Source: an uncultured bacterium (GTDB lineage Bacteria; Joyebacterota; Joyebacteria; Joyebacterales; Joyebacteraceae). From it: 64,000 nucleotides of DNA. This document shows, in pieces, positions 38,205 through 47,929 of this stretch. The position numbers and the translations under genes were made by a program. Under the pieces are notes generated by a model, which was not told the DNA's origin, did no database searches, and saw nothing but the letters and a program-made list of their open reading frames with translations. The stretch's first letter is position 1; each line of letters opens with the position of its first letter. The stretch is from NCBI GenBank assembly GCA_964399265.1, contig CAYNQF010000002.1, forward strand, positions 3,444 through 67,443. The letters are read 5' to 3'.

Positions 38205-41200
38205 ATGCTCTCAGGCAAGCGCCCCACAAGAGCGGTATCACTTCTCCTCGCCGTACCCATCGTCCTGGCGGCCGGTTTCTGGTTCCACCGGGCCGAGGAG
38301 CGCGAGATGAGGTCGGAGATCGACGAGGGGCTTCATACGATCGCGCAGCTCAAGGCCGAGCAGCTCGAGGCGTGGCGGAGGGAGAGGTTGGGCGACGCGG
38401 CGGTTCTGGCCGAGAACGCGTTCCTGGTGCGGGCGGTTGACGAGTGGCTGCGCGACCCGCGGCCGGAGGGCGAGCACGACATAGCCGCGATTCTCGAGAG
38501 CGTTTCCGCCAACTACGGGTATGCCGACGTGGCCGTCGTGTCTCCAGACGGCAACATTCTCCTGAGCGTGAACGGGGCGCAGGATGTCAGGGAGGCAGAG
38601 GTGGTGCACGACGTGTCGGGCGCGGTTGCCGACGGCCGTCCTCACCTGGCCGACATGCACAATGGCGAGATTCTCGGACGGCCACACATGGCCGCGGTAG
38701 CTCCTCTCGTCGTCAGAGACGGCGACGAAGAGCGTACGGTGGCGGCCGTCCTGCTCGTCTGCGACGCTCGAACGATGCTTGATCCCATTCTCAGATTCTG
38801 GCCTACCGACAGCGAGACAGCGGAGACGCTGCTCGTCCGTCGGGAGGGCGACGACGTGGTGTTCCTGAACGACCCGAGGCGCATGTCGGGAGCGGCGCTC
38901 AAGCTCCAGTTTCCGGTGACGCGTGATGATCTTCCTTCCGTTGCGGGCGTCAAAGGGCTCTACGGCGTCGTCGAAGGGCGAGACTATCGCGGCGTGGACG
39001 TCATCGCGGATGCGCTACCGGTCCCCGATTCGCCCTGGACGGTCGTCGCCAAGATCGACGCCGCCGAGGCGTTGGCACCCCTTCGTACGAGATCTGCCGT
39101 GACGACGGTCATCGTTCTTGCCGCCGTGTCGGTCCTGCTTGCAGCGGTCATGGCGGTTTGGAGCAGGGATCAGAAGCACAAGTATGAGGCTCTGTACCTC
39201 TCCGAGGCCGCTCTCAAGGCGAGCGAAGAACGCTTCGGCATTACGCTCCGGAGCATCGGTGACGCCGTCATCACGACGGACGACGGCGGCAACATCACGT
39301 TCTTGAACCACGTAGCGGAGGACTTGACCGGGTGGACGTCGGAAGAGGCGGAGGGCAGACCCTTAGGCGAGGTCTTCGAGGTGATCAACGAGACCACTCA
39401 CGAGGCGGTGGAGAACCCCGCGATGAAGGTGTTGCGCGATGGGATCATCGTCGGTCTCGCCAATCACACGCTCCTGATCTCCCGGGACGGTACCGAGCAT
39501 CCGATCGCGGATAGCGGGGCTCCCATCCGCGACGGCGACAACGTCGTCGGCGTGGTCCTCGTGTTCCGCGACACCACCGAGGAGCGCGAGGCGGAGCGGA
39601 GACTTGAAGAGAGCCTGAAGAGGCAGGAACACCTCGTCTCGGTGCTTCGTGCGATAAGAGACGTGAACCAGCTGATCACTCGCGAGGACGACCGCGAGAA
39701 GCTGGTCCAGGGTGCGTGCGATTGCATGACCGGGGTGCTGGGGCACGGCAGCGCCAGGATCATGTTGCTCGGCGCAGACGGTAGCATCGAGGGTATGGGC
39801 TACTCGGGTGACCCGGCAGTACTGGAGCAGCTGCGGGAGGTCGTCGAGAGCGGTGAGATGCCGCCGTGCGCGAAGCAGATACTTGCCTCGGAGGGCGTCA
39901 CCGTCGTGTCGGACTCGCCGCATGCCTGCTCCGGAGTTCTGGACGGCGGGGGAAGTCACGAGGCTGCTCTTGGAACTCGGCTCGAGTTCAAGGACCGTCT
40001 GTATGGCCTCATTGCCACGTCCGTCCCGGCAGAGTATGCGGAGGATGATGATGAACGGGGGCTGTTTGCCGAGGTCGCGGGCGACATCGCCTTCGCTCTC
40101 TGGAAGATAGAGAGCGCACAGCGCAGGCACGAGGTCGAACAGAAGTACAGCGCGGCTCTTGCGACGACCAGCGATGCCGTCGTCATGGTGGACGGAGACG
40201 CCAGGATCGTGATGTTCAATCCGGGTGCCGAGAGACTTCTGGGGTACTCGTCGGAGGAAGTGCTCGGAAAGTCCGTCATCATGTTCACGCCGGACGACAA
40301 GCAGAGCGAGATGCAGATGGTACTCGAGGCGACGCGCGCCGGCACGGTCTCCCAGCGATTGGAGACCGAGCGAATCACAAAGGATGGAAGGAGAGTGCCG
40401 GTCGAGATAGCGGTCAACTCGCAGACAGATGAAGACGGTCGACCGGTTGGATCGGTGGAGGTGCTCAGAGACATCACGGAACGTCAGGAGGCAGAGCGCG
40501 CTCTCGTCGAGAGCCGACGGATCCTCAACGACACAGGAAGACTTGCGGCCGTAGGAGGCTGGGAGTTCGACGTCGAGACCGGCGCCGTCACATGGACGGA
40601 CGTGCTGTTCGACGTGCTCGAGATAGAGTGGAGTCCCAGGGCACCGGCCTTCGAGAAGCACCTCGACTCATACCTCCCCGAGTCCCGCGAGGCACTCGAG
40701 CGCGCTCATCATCGGGCGCTCGATGAGGGGGTGTCGTTCGACCTGGAACTACAACTCCGTACGCCCAAGCGCGGAGTCATATGGTGCCGGGCCTGTGGCG
40801 AGCCGGTAGTCGTCGGAGGCAAGACCGCGAAGCTTCGCGGTACATACCAGGACATCACCGTTCGCAAGGAAGCGGAGCTTGACCTCGAGCGGGCGCTTGT
40901 CGAGACGCGAAAGCGCGAGGACGAGACGCGGGCACTGCTCGATGGCGCCAGAACCGTGCTCAAGTCCTCGTCCCTTGAGGACTCCACCAGAGCCATATTC
41001 GATCGAGCGAGGGAGGCCACCGGCGCGGCCTCGGGTTTCGTGATGCTGCTCAATGACGATGGGTCGGAGCGCAAGGTGCTGTTCATCGAGACCGGAGACC
41101 CGTCTCGCGACGCGGAGGCCGCGCCGCCCAGGCTCCCGAATGGTCTGCGTGAGCACCTGCGGCGAGACGGTACAGCCGTCTTCGAGAACGATTTCATGAG

Positions 41201-42980
41201 CAGCGAGTGGGCCCAGGGCATGCCTCCCGGCCGCATCGAGCTGCGCAATATTCTCCTAGCACCGTTGGCAGTAGGGGGGAGCGTCGTAGGAGTCATGGGG
41301 CTCGCCAACAAACCCGGCGGCTTCGATGACAACGACGCGGGCGTGTCCGAAGCCTTCGGGAACCTCGCGGCAGTGGCTCTGGAGCGTTCCATGTCGATCG
41401 AGCAGCTGCGTGAGAGCGAGGAGAAGTACAGGCTGCTTGCAGACAACGTCGCCGACTGCATATGGGTGGCGAGCATGGACGGTATTCTCGAGTACATAAA
41501 CCCCACGTGCGGGGTCCTGTTCGGGTACACACCGGAGGAGATGATCGGAAAGCCGGTCGATGCCTACTGCGACGAGGAGAACTCGAGGAAGATGGTGGAA
41601 GCGATCGGCGATGCGATCTCACGGTTGCCCGACACCTCATCGACGACGCTTGAAACGCAGTTTCTCAGGAAGGACGGCACCATGGTCGACGTCGAGGTGA
41701 GGGGACGTGTGTTGCTGGATGAGGGCGGACGGCCGAGGAAGCTGCAGGGCGTGACCAGGGACATCACCGAGCGCAAGGTTGCCCAGGCCGAGCAGGAGAG
41801 ACTCCAGACACAGCTGGCTCAGTCGCAGAAGATGGAGTCAGTGGGGCAGCTCGCCGGCGGAGTTGCGCACGACTTCAACAATATGCTGCAGGTGATACTG
41901 GGCAACTCAGAACTGGCTCTCATGAAGGTTGCGTCCGACGACGCTCTTCATAGTGACCTCGACCAGATACACTCGGCCGCCGAGCGTTCGGCCGATCTCA
42001 CGCGACAGCTGCTCGCCTTCGCGCGCAAGCAGACTGTCGCTCCCCGCGTGATGGACCTGAACGGCACCGTGGGCGGGATGCTCAAGATGCTGCAGCGTCT
42101 GATCGGCGAGGACATAGACCTCACGTGGTCACCTGCGTCGAAGCTCTGGCCCGTCAAGCTCGATCCGTCGCAGGTCGACCAGATCCTGGCGAACCTGTGC
42201 GTGAACGCGCGGGACGCCATTGGCGGCGTCGGCAAGGTCATCATCAGCACGGCCAACGTCGAAGTAGAGCCGGGAGCGGACTCGTGGTTCGTGGACGGTC
42301 CCCCGCGCGGGTCGTACGTCACGCTATCCGTGACGGACACCGGGAAGGGCATGGATCGGGAGACGATGGACAGGATCTTTGATCCGTTCTTCACAACGAA
42401 GCCGGTGGGTCACGGAACGGGCCTTGGCCTCTCGACGGTGTACGGCATCGTGAGGCAGAACGACGGGAACGTGCAGGTCTCCAGCGAGAAGGGGCAGGGG
42501 ACGACGTTCACCGTCTTCCTCCCGCGGTACGAAGGCTCGTTGGATGAGATCACGGAGGAGAGGTCACAGACCATGGCGTCCGCCGCCGGCGAGACAGTTC
42601 TGGTCGTCGAGGACGAGTCGGCGATACTGGACTTGTGTTCGTCCGTGCTGAGTCAGCTCGGGTACCACGTGCTGACGGATCGCACGCCCGCCGAGGCGCT
42701 GGTCACGGAGGCCATGCATCAGGGACAGATAGACCTCCTGATCACCGACGTCATCATGCCCGACATGAACGGAAGAGAGCTGGCGAAGCGCATAATCACG
42801 CATCGTCCCAACATCAGCGTGCTGTACATGTCGGGTTACACGGCCGACGTCATATCGCGGCGCGGCGTACTGGAGGATGGTGTCAGCTTCCTTCAGAAGC
42901 CCTTCTCGGTAGGCTCTATCGCCGCAAAGGTCAGAGAAGCGCTGGCGTCCTCCGTGCACTCCCAGGACGCACCCTCATAA
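38205..42980 (+). CDS. Hybrid sensor histidine kinase / response regulator (2 TM + periplasmic sensor, multiple PAS and GAF domains, HisKA, HATPase_c, C-terminal receiver)
   Basis: ATG with GGAGGA RBS; 'GVAHDFNNMLQVILGN' H-box, 'GxGxGLGLSTVYGIV' G-box, receiver 'VLVVEDE...DLLITDVIMPDMNG'. Confidence 0.85.
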   Translation: MLSGKRPTRAVSLLLAVPIVLAAGFWFHRAEEREMRSEIDEGLHTIAQLKAEQLEAWRRERLGDAAVLAENAFLVRAVDEWLRDPRPEGEHDIAAILESVSANYGYADVAVVSPDGNILLSVNGAQDVREAEVVHDVSGAVADGRPHLADMHNGEILGRPHMAAVAPLVVRDGDEERTVAAVLLVCDARTMLDPILRFWPTDSETAETLLVRREGDDVVFLNDPRRMSGAALKLQFPVTRDDLPSVAGVKGLYGVVEGRDYRGVDVIADALPVPDSPWTVVAKIDAAEALAPLRTRSAVTTVIVLAAVSVLLAAVMAVWSRDQKHKYEALYLSEAALKASEERFGITLRSIGDAVITTDDGGNITFLNHVAEDLTGWTSEEAEGRPLGEVFEVINETTHEAVENPAMKVLRDGIIVGLANHTLLISRDGTEHPIADSGAPIRDGDNVVGVVLVFRDTTEEREAERRLEESLKRQEHLVSVLRAIRDVNQLITREDDREKLVQGACDCMTGVLGHGSARIMLLGADGSIEGMGYSGDPAVLEQLREVVESGEMPPCAKQILASEGVTVVSDSPHACSGVLDGGGSHEAALGTRLEFKDRLYGLIATSVPAEYAEDDDERGLFAEVAGDIAFALWKIESAQRRHEVEQKYSAALATTSDAVVMVDGDARIVMFNPGAERLLGYSSEEVLGKSVIMFTPDDKQSEMQMVLEATRAGTVSQRLETERITKDGRRVPVEIAVNSQTDEDGRPVGSVEVLRDITERQEAERALVESRRILNDTGRLAAVGGWEFDVETGAVTWTDVLFDVLEIEWSPRAPAFEKHLDSYLPESREALERAHHRALDEGVSFDLELQLRTPKRGVIWCRACGEPVVVGGKTAKLRGTYQDITVRKEAELDLERALVETRKREDETRALLDGARTVLKSSSLEDSTRAIFDRAREATGAASGFVMLLNDDGSERKVLFIETGDPSRDAEAAPPRLPNGLREHLRRDGTAVFENDFMSSEWAQGMPPGRIELRNILLAPLAVGGSVVGVMGLANKPGGFDDNDAGVSEAFGNLAAVALERSMSIEQLRESEEKYRLLADNVADCIWVASMDGILEYINPTCGVLFGYTPEEMIGKPVDAYCDEENSRKMVEAIGDAISRLPDTSSTTLETQFLRKDGTMVDVEVRGRVLLDEGGRPRKLQGVTRDITERKVAQAEQERLQTQLAQSQKMESVGQLAGGVAHDFNNMLQVILGNSELALMKVASDDALHSDLDQIHSAAERSADLTRQLLAFARKQTVAPRVMDLNGTVGGMLKMLQRLIGEDIDLTWSPASKLWPVKLDPSQVDQILANLCVNARDAIGGVGKVIISTANVEVEPGADSWFVDGPPRGSYVTLSVTDTGKGMDRETMDRIFDPFFTTKPVGHGTGLGLSTVYGIVRQNDGNVQVSSEKGQGTTFTVFLPRYEGSLDEITEERSQTMASAAGETVLVVEDESAILDLCSSVLSQLGYHVLTDRTPAEALVTEAMHQGQIDLLITDVIMPDMNGRELAKRIITHRPNISVLYMSGYTADVISRRGVLEDGVSFLQKPFSVGSIAAKVREALASSVHSQDAPS

Positions 42981-43046
42981 TGCCCACCCTCATAGTGCCC
43001 ACCCATAGGGGGGCACTCGCTCGTTCAGTGCCCTCGTGGGCTGGAC

Positions 43047-44564
43047 CTACTCAACCAGAGCTTCCATGTCGGGCGTGATGACGACGTCGATACGCCGGTT
43101 GCGTGCGCGCCCGTCCGCGGTCTCGTTGTTCGCGATGGGCTCGGACTCGCCGCGACCAACTGCGGTCACGCGCTCCGGGTCGATGCGCATGTTGGCGAGC
43201 AGGTACTCGCGCACGGCCGCCGCCCGGTCCTCCGACAGCGTGAGGTTCATCTCGTCCGTTCCGTACGAGTCGGTGTGACCCTCGACCAGGAGCGAGCAGC
43301 CCGGGAACAGGTTGACCGCGTCCTGGACCTTCGTGAGAAGCGAGAAGTACTGCGGCTGGATAACCGCCTTGCCCGAGTCGAATTGGAGCCCGACGACTCG
43401 TACGATGACGTCGTTGCCCTCCCTCAGCACACGCGCCTCGCTTGTGTCGAACATCTTCTGAATGCGGTCGAACCGCTCGCGAACGGCCGCCTCGGCCTCC
43501 ATCCTGCGCTGGAGCGCCTGGTGCTCCTCCGACGCGCCGCCCAGTTCCTCCTCGAGGCCGGCTATCTGCCCCTCGAGCTCCTCGACCGCGCGTTCTCTCT
43601 CGGCAAGCGCCGACCGGAGAGCCTCGTTGTCGGCCCGGAGTCCCTCGAACCTCTGGATGATGGTGTTCGTCGTCAGTTCGTACCCGTCGCTGAAACGCGG
43701 GACGATGTCGATCGTGCCGGAGATCGCTTCCAGGGGACGCTCGGAGTCGAGCACGATCTGCTCGACTGTGGCTTCGTCGGCGTCCACGCCCCTCGCTAGT
43801 TCAGCGATACGGAAGGCGTGGTTGGCCTCGTACTTCGCCTCGCTCGCCAGAGTCCGCGGCAGATCGGTGTCGTAGCGGTCCTTCTCGATTGCGGCCTCGG
43901 CCTGTGAGAGCAGGTCCTGCGAGCGTGCGAGGGTCTCGGGCGCGTACCTTTCGGTCCTGTCCTTCCTGGCCCTCTCGAGGAGCGCTCGGGTCTCGTCGAA
44001 AAAGTTGGACTTGATGGCGTTCAGCTCGGCGTCCCGGAAGAGCGGCACGGCTTCCTCCGCGCGCTTCTTCGCTCTGTTGACGTTGCCGCCTTCGAGCGAG
44101 CGAGCCGCCTCACCGAATCTCTGCTCCGCCTTCTCCCACAACTCCGCCGCGTACCTTGCGGCCTCCGCGGTCTCCGCGTCGTCGCGCGCGCCAATCGCGT
44201 CCGCGAGAGTGACCTTCGCGAGTTTGGTCGCCTCGATCGCGGCCTTGAAACTCTCGACCGCATCGGCCAGATCCTCCTGAATGCTCTCGATGTCTCTCCC
44301 TCGCTCCAGGTGGTCCTCAGCACGGTCGTAGAGCTTCTGCGCATCCTCGAAGCTGTCCGGGGCCAGGACGTCGGCGCGGGCCTCGATGGCCGCGTCCCTG
44401 AAGCTGTCCGCGGTAGAGAAGAGGTCGGCTCTCAGGTCCTGGGCTGCCGCAGGGGCGCTCAAGGCGATACTACCGAGCAACGTGACGGCAAGCGACACAA
44501 CGAGAGCGGCGGCCTGCAGCCTTGCCCGCGCCTCGCTGGGGCTGTTACGGCGGTCGAGCAACAT
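43047..44564 (-). CDS. OmpA-family protein with N-terminal coiled-coil region
   Basis: C-terminal 'GHTDSYGTDEMNLTLSEDRAAAVREYL...RNRRIDVVI' OmpA/MotB peptidoglycan-binding motif; signal peptide. Confidence 0.8.
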   Translation of the reverse strand: MLLDRRNSPSEARARLQAAALVVSLAVTLLGSIALSAPAAAQDLRADLFSTADSFRDAAIEARADVLAPDSFEDAQKLYDRAEDHLERGRDIESIQEDLADAVESFKAAIEATKLAKVTLADAIGARDDAETAEAARYAAELWEKAEQRFGEAARSLEGGNVNRAKKRAEEAVPLFRDAELNAIKSNFFDETRALLERARKDRTERYAPETLARSQDLLSQAEAAIEKDRYDTDLPRTLASEAKYEANHAFRIAELARGVDADEATVEQIVLDSERPLEAISGTIDIVPRFSDGYELTTNTIIQRFEGLRADNEALRSALAERERAVEELEGQIAGLEEELGGASEEHQALQRRMEAEAAVRERFDRIQKMFDTSEARVLREGNDVIVRVVGLQFDSGKAVIQPQYFSLLTKVQDAVNLFPGCSLLVEGHTDSYGTDEMNLTLSEDRAAAVREYLLANMRIDPERVTAVGRGESEPIANNETADGRARNRRIDVVITPDMEALVE

Positions 44565-44835
44565 GCTTGTGCTCCTTCCGGGTGCCTGTGGCGGTCGACT
44601 AGCGTATGCGAACCACGTGGGTGGATTCTTCTACGGCGGCCCGGCGTTCGCAAGCGGAATCAGACAAGGGGGCCGCATGGCCCGCCTCACGCGGCCAACC
44701 GGCGGTCAGGCCGTCGCACCTGCCACGCCCCTCATTCTGTGCTATAATAGAAGAACGGGAATACTGCGGGCCGCGTCGAAAACCGGGCATCGGCGAGATC
44801 GACGTGTGCCTCTACGAAACAGCGGGAGCGACACC

Positions 44836-47580
44836 ATGCGCAGGACATCAGTCCGGACGGCGGTTGCCGCACTGGCCCTGGCGGCCCTAATGGCGGCGCC
44901 GGCCTATTCGAACGTGCTCATATCCGAGATGTGCGACCCGCATCTCAACTACCTCACCGACCGGTTCATCGAGATCTACAATCCGGGACCTGAGGCCGTG
45001 GACCTTACGGACTGGTCCCTCGTCGCGGTCGGCAACGGCGGCGACATCTTCACCTGGCCACTCTCCGGGACGATAGCCGCCGGCCAGGCCCTGGTAGCCG
45101 GCGACTACACCACGGTCGTGCCCTTCCAGGTCGACTTTCCCGAAGAGGCGTGGTCGAGCAACAACAGCCTCTGGAACGGGAAGGTGGGGGACGGGGCGAA
45201 GCTCTTGAACGCCAGTTCCATCGTGATCGACTACGCCGTCGTTGACGGCACGGCGTTCGAGAACGAGGACTACAACCGCAACTACGGCGTGGTGCAGCCC
45301 TCGACCGCCTACGACCCGTCCGAGTGGACGGCGACGCCCGCGGAATACCCGACGGACGGCACCCCGGGCACGCACTACTCGGCGCCGCCGACCCCGGGCC
45401 CCACGGTGACGAACATCGTCACCGAGCCCGACGCTCCGCTGGCGGGCGAGACCGTTGACGTTTACGCCGTAGTGACCGACACGGTCGCCATCGGCACGGT
45501 CTCCCTCTTCTGGGGCACCTCCCAGTTCAGCCTTCCGAACGAGATAACGATGTCGCTCGATTCGGGAGACACCTACGTCACCGATTCGCAGATACCTGCC
45601 CAGACCTCTGGGACGACCGTCTACTTCGAGATACATGCCGCGAACGTCCTTCCCGGGACTACGGTCACTGACGTCGACAGCTACTCGCTTCCGTTCGTAG
45701 CGTCGATCTCCGAGATCCAGGGCACGGGCTCAGACTCACCCTACGAGGGCTACGCGGTCATCACGCACGGCGTCGTGACCGGCAACTACGGGACCTACTT
45801 CACCGTGCAGGACGGGAGCGGCGCCCGTTCCGGTGTGTGGGCGCGCGCGCTGTCGGCGCCCGCGGTCGGCGACTCCGTCACCATCAGGGGCACCGTGAGC
45901 GAGACCTACGGCGTCTCGTACATAGGCACCACGGTCGTGATCGGCGTCACCGTCGAGGCCACGATGGCGGGCGCGGCGCTCCCCGCGGCCGCGTCGGTGT
46001 CGACCGTTGCCGCATCCGCTGAGGACTACGAGGGAGTGCTTGTCGTCGTGGATGACGCGACGTGCACGGACGCGGACATCGGCGGCGGCGCGTGGGCGGT
46101 CGACGACGGGAGCGGAGAGGCCAGGGTGGGCGACCTCGGGCTGAGCTACACTCCCTACCTCGGTACGACCTACGGCGTCACGGGCCCCGTGATCTACGTC
46201 GACGGCGGGTTCGCGATCGAGCCTCGCAGTGCCGGCGACGTGGTCTGGACGGGGGACACCGTCGCGCCTTCGATCTATCAGGCATACACGGAGACGGAGA
46301 CGAGCGTCCTCATCACCTTCTCCGAGCCCGTGGACGAGACCTCAGGCGAGACGGCCGCGAACTACACCATAGACGGGCTCATGGTCTACGACGCCGAACG
46401 CGACGTGTCGCACTTCGACGAGGTCCTGCTCACTGTCAGTGCGATGACGGCCGGCGAGTACACGCTCGTCGTGCACGGCGTGGAGGACCTCCATTCGAAC
46501 GCGGCAGACGGAGTCGTATACGACTTCGACTACGTGGATGTCTCGATACCGTCAGGTTACTACGACGCCGCCGAGGGCCTGGCGGGAGACGACCTCCGCG
46601 CGGCCCTGCACGGGATCATCGACGACCACACCGTGCTTCCGTACACGTACTCGTGGGAGGCCTTCTACACGACCGACGACAAGCCGAACGGCAAGGTCTG
46701 GGACATGTACTCGGACGTGCCCGGCGGCACTCCGCCGTACGAGTACACGTTCGGCGTCGACCAGGGCGGCGTGGGCGGCGTCGAGGGAACGGGCTACAAC
46801 AGGGAACACGCTTGGCCGTCGAGCTGGTCCGGCGACGAGCTGCTTCCCAAGTACTCCGATCTGCATACGATCTATCCGACCGACAACTACGTCAACAATC
46901 AGCGGGGCAACTACCCGTACGGCGAGGTCGACTCGCCGACATGGACGTCACTGAACGGAAGCAAGCTGGGCAACTGCACGTATCCAGGGTACTCGGGCAT
47001 GGCCTTCGAGCCCATCGACGAGTACAAGGGCGACTTCGCCCGCACGTACTTCTACGTGACAGTCCGGTACTACACCGAGGACGCCGCGTGGACCACGAGC
47101 CCGATGACCGACGGCGCGGACATCCTGCCCTGGGCGGTCAACATGCTGCTCGACTGGCACGAGGCCGACCCGGTCAGCCGCAAGGAACTCGAGCGCAACG
47201 GCGAGATCTACGGGATGCAGGGCAACAGGAACCCGTTCATCGACCGGCCCGAGTTCGCCGACCTCATGTACCAGGCGGCCGGCGTGGATGACGAGCCGAT
47301 GCCCGCGTTCGCGCTGGGACAGAGTTCGCCCAACCCGGCCACGCTCTCTTCGACGATCAGCTTCACCGTGCCGTCCCGAACGGACGTCCGCCTGAGCGTC
47401 TACGACGTCGCGGGAAGGCTCGTCCGCGTTCTGGCCGACAGGGACTTCAGGGCGGGCGACCACGAGGTTTCGTGGGACGGGATGGACTCATCGGGTCGCC
47501 GCGTCGCGGCGGGAGTCTACTTCTACTCGATGGACGCCGGCGAGTACAGCGCCGCCAGAAAGATGGTCCTCCTGCGGTAG
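44836..47580 (+). CDS. Secreted extracellular nuclease: LTD plus OB-like domains plus endonuclease-I (EndA/NucM-type) domain plus FlgD-like C-terminal sorting domain
   Basis: Signal 'MRRTSVRTAVAALALAALMAAPAYS'; LTD 'NVLISEMCDPHLNYLTDRFIEIYNP'; 'NREHAWPSSW', 'NPFIDRPEFADL' endonuclease-I motifs; C-terminal 'SSPNPATLSSTISF...VYDVAGRLVRVL...GVYFYSM...KMVLLR'. Confidence 0.75.
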   Translation: MRRTSVRTAVAALALAALMAAPAYSNVLISEMCDPHLNYLTDRFIEIYNPGPEAVDLTDWSLVAVGNGGDIFTWPLSGTIAAGQALVAGDYTTVVPFQVDFPEEAWSSNNSLWNGKVGDGAKLLNASSIVIDYAVVDGTAFENEDYNRNYGVVQPSTAYDPSEWTATPAEYPTDGTPGTHYSAPPTPGPTVTNIVTEPDAPLAGETVDVYAVVTDTVAIGTVSLFWGTSQFSLPNEITMSLDSGDTYVTDSQIPAQTSGTTVYFEIHAANVLPGTTVTDVDSYSLPFVASISEIQGTGSDSPYEGYAVITHGVVTGNYGTYFTVQDGSGARSGVWARALSAPAVGDSVTIRGTVSETYGVSYIGTTVVIGVTVEATMAGAALPAAASVSTVAASAEDYEGVLVVVDDATCTDADIGGGAWAVDDGSGEARVGDLGLSYTPYLGTTYGVTGPVIYVDGGFAIEPRSAGDVVWTGDTVAPSIYQAYTETETSVLITFSEPVDETSGETAANYTIDGLMVYDAERDVSHFDEVLLTVSAMTAGEYTLVVHGVEDLHSNAADGVVYDFDYVDVSIPSGYYDAAEGLAGDDLRAALHGIIDDHTVLPYTYSWEAFYTTDDKPNGKVWDMYSDVPGGTPPYEYTFGVDQGGVGGVEGTGYNREHAWPSSWSGDELLPKYSDLHTIYPTDNYVNNQRGNYPYGEVDSPTWTSLNGSKLGNCTYPGYSGMAFEPIDEYKGDFARTYFYVTVRYYTEDAAWTTSPMTDGADILPWAVNMLLDWHEADPVSRKELERNGEIYGMQGNRNPFIDRPEFADLMYQAAGVDDEPMPAFALGQSSPNPATLSSTISFTVPSRTDVRLSVYDVAGRLVRVLADRDFRAGDHEVSWDGMDSSGRRVAAGVYFYSMDAGEYSAARKMVLLR

Positions 47581-47750
47581 GCAGGGGACCGGCGGCGGCA
47601 TGGACGGGGCGCGCAACGGCGCCCCGTCTTGCTTCTCCTGCCCGGTGGGCGCGACAGAATTGTTCCTTGCGGTGCACAGGTTGTGGAGCGACAATCGCGG
47701 ATCGAGAGTGTCGGGTTCCCGTTCCTCTTATCGATACAAGAAGGTCCGCC

Positions 47751-47897
47751 ATGCGAGCTGTTGCCGCAGTAGTGCTGCTCCTGGCCGCAACCGTGCTGTG
47801 TTCGGCGGATCCGGGCGCTGCCACTCCTCCGCCGATCACCGAAATGCAGGCACAGAGGCTCGGTCGAGTCGAGCTGGGCTCGCTTCCGCCGTGCTGA
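47751..47897 (+). CDS. Possible small secreted peptide (48 aa)
   Basis: 'MRAVAAVVLLLAATVLCSA' signal, AAGAAGG RBS, upstream TTGCGG-17-GACAAT promoter-like; no homology support. Confidence 0.25.
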   Translation: MRAVAAVVLLLAATVLCSADPGAATPPPITEMQAQRLGRVELGSLPPC

Positions 47898-47929
47898 ACC
47901 CACGCTCACGGTGGTCCGCACCGCTGTCC

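Noticed and set aside
47600-47929. Upstream 110 codons of the 565-aa ORF track entry (start at 47600)
   Set aside because: It overlaps the nuclease 3' end and an independent small signal-peptide ORF. A signal peptide and plausible GTG/TTG starts occur at 47930/47960, so the true gene is shorter.
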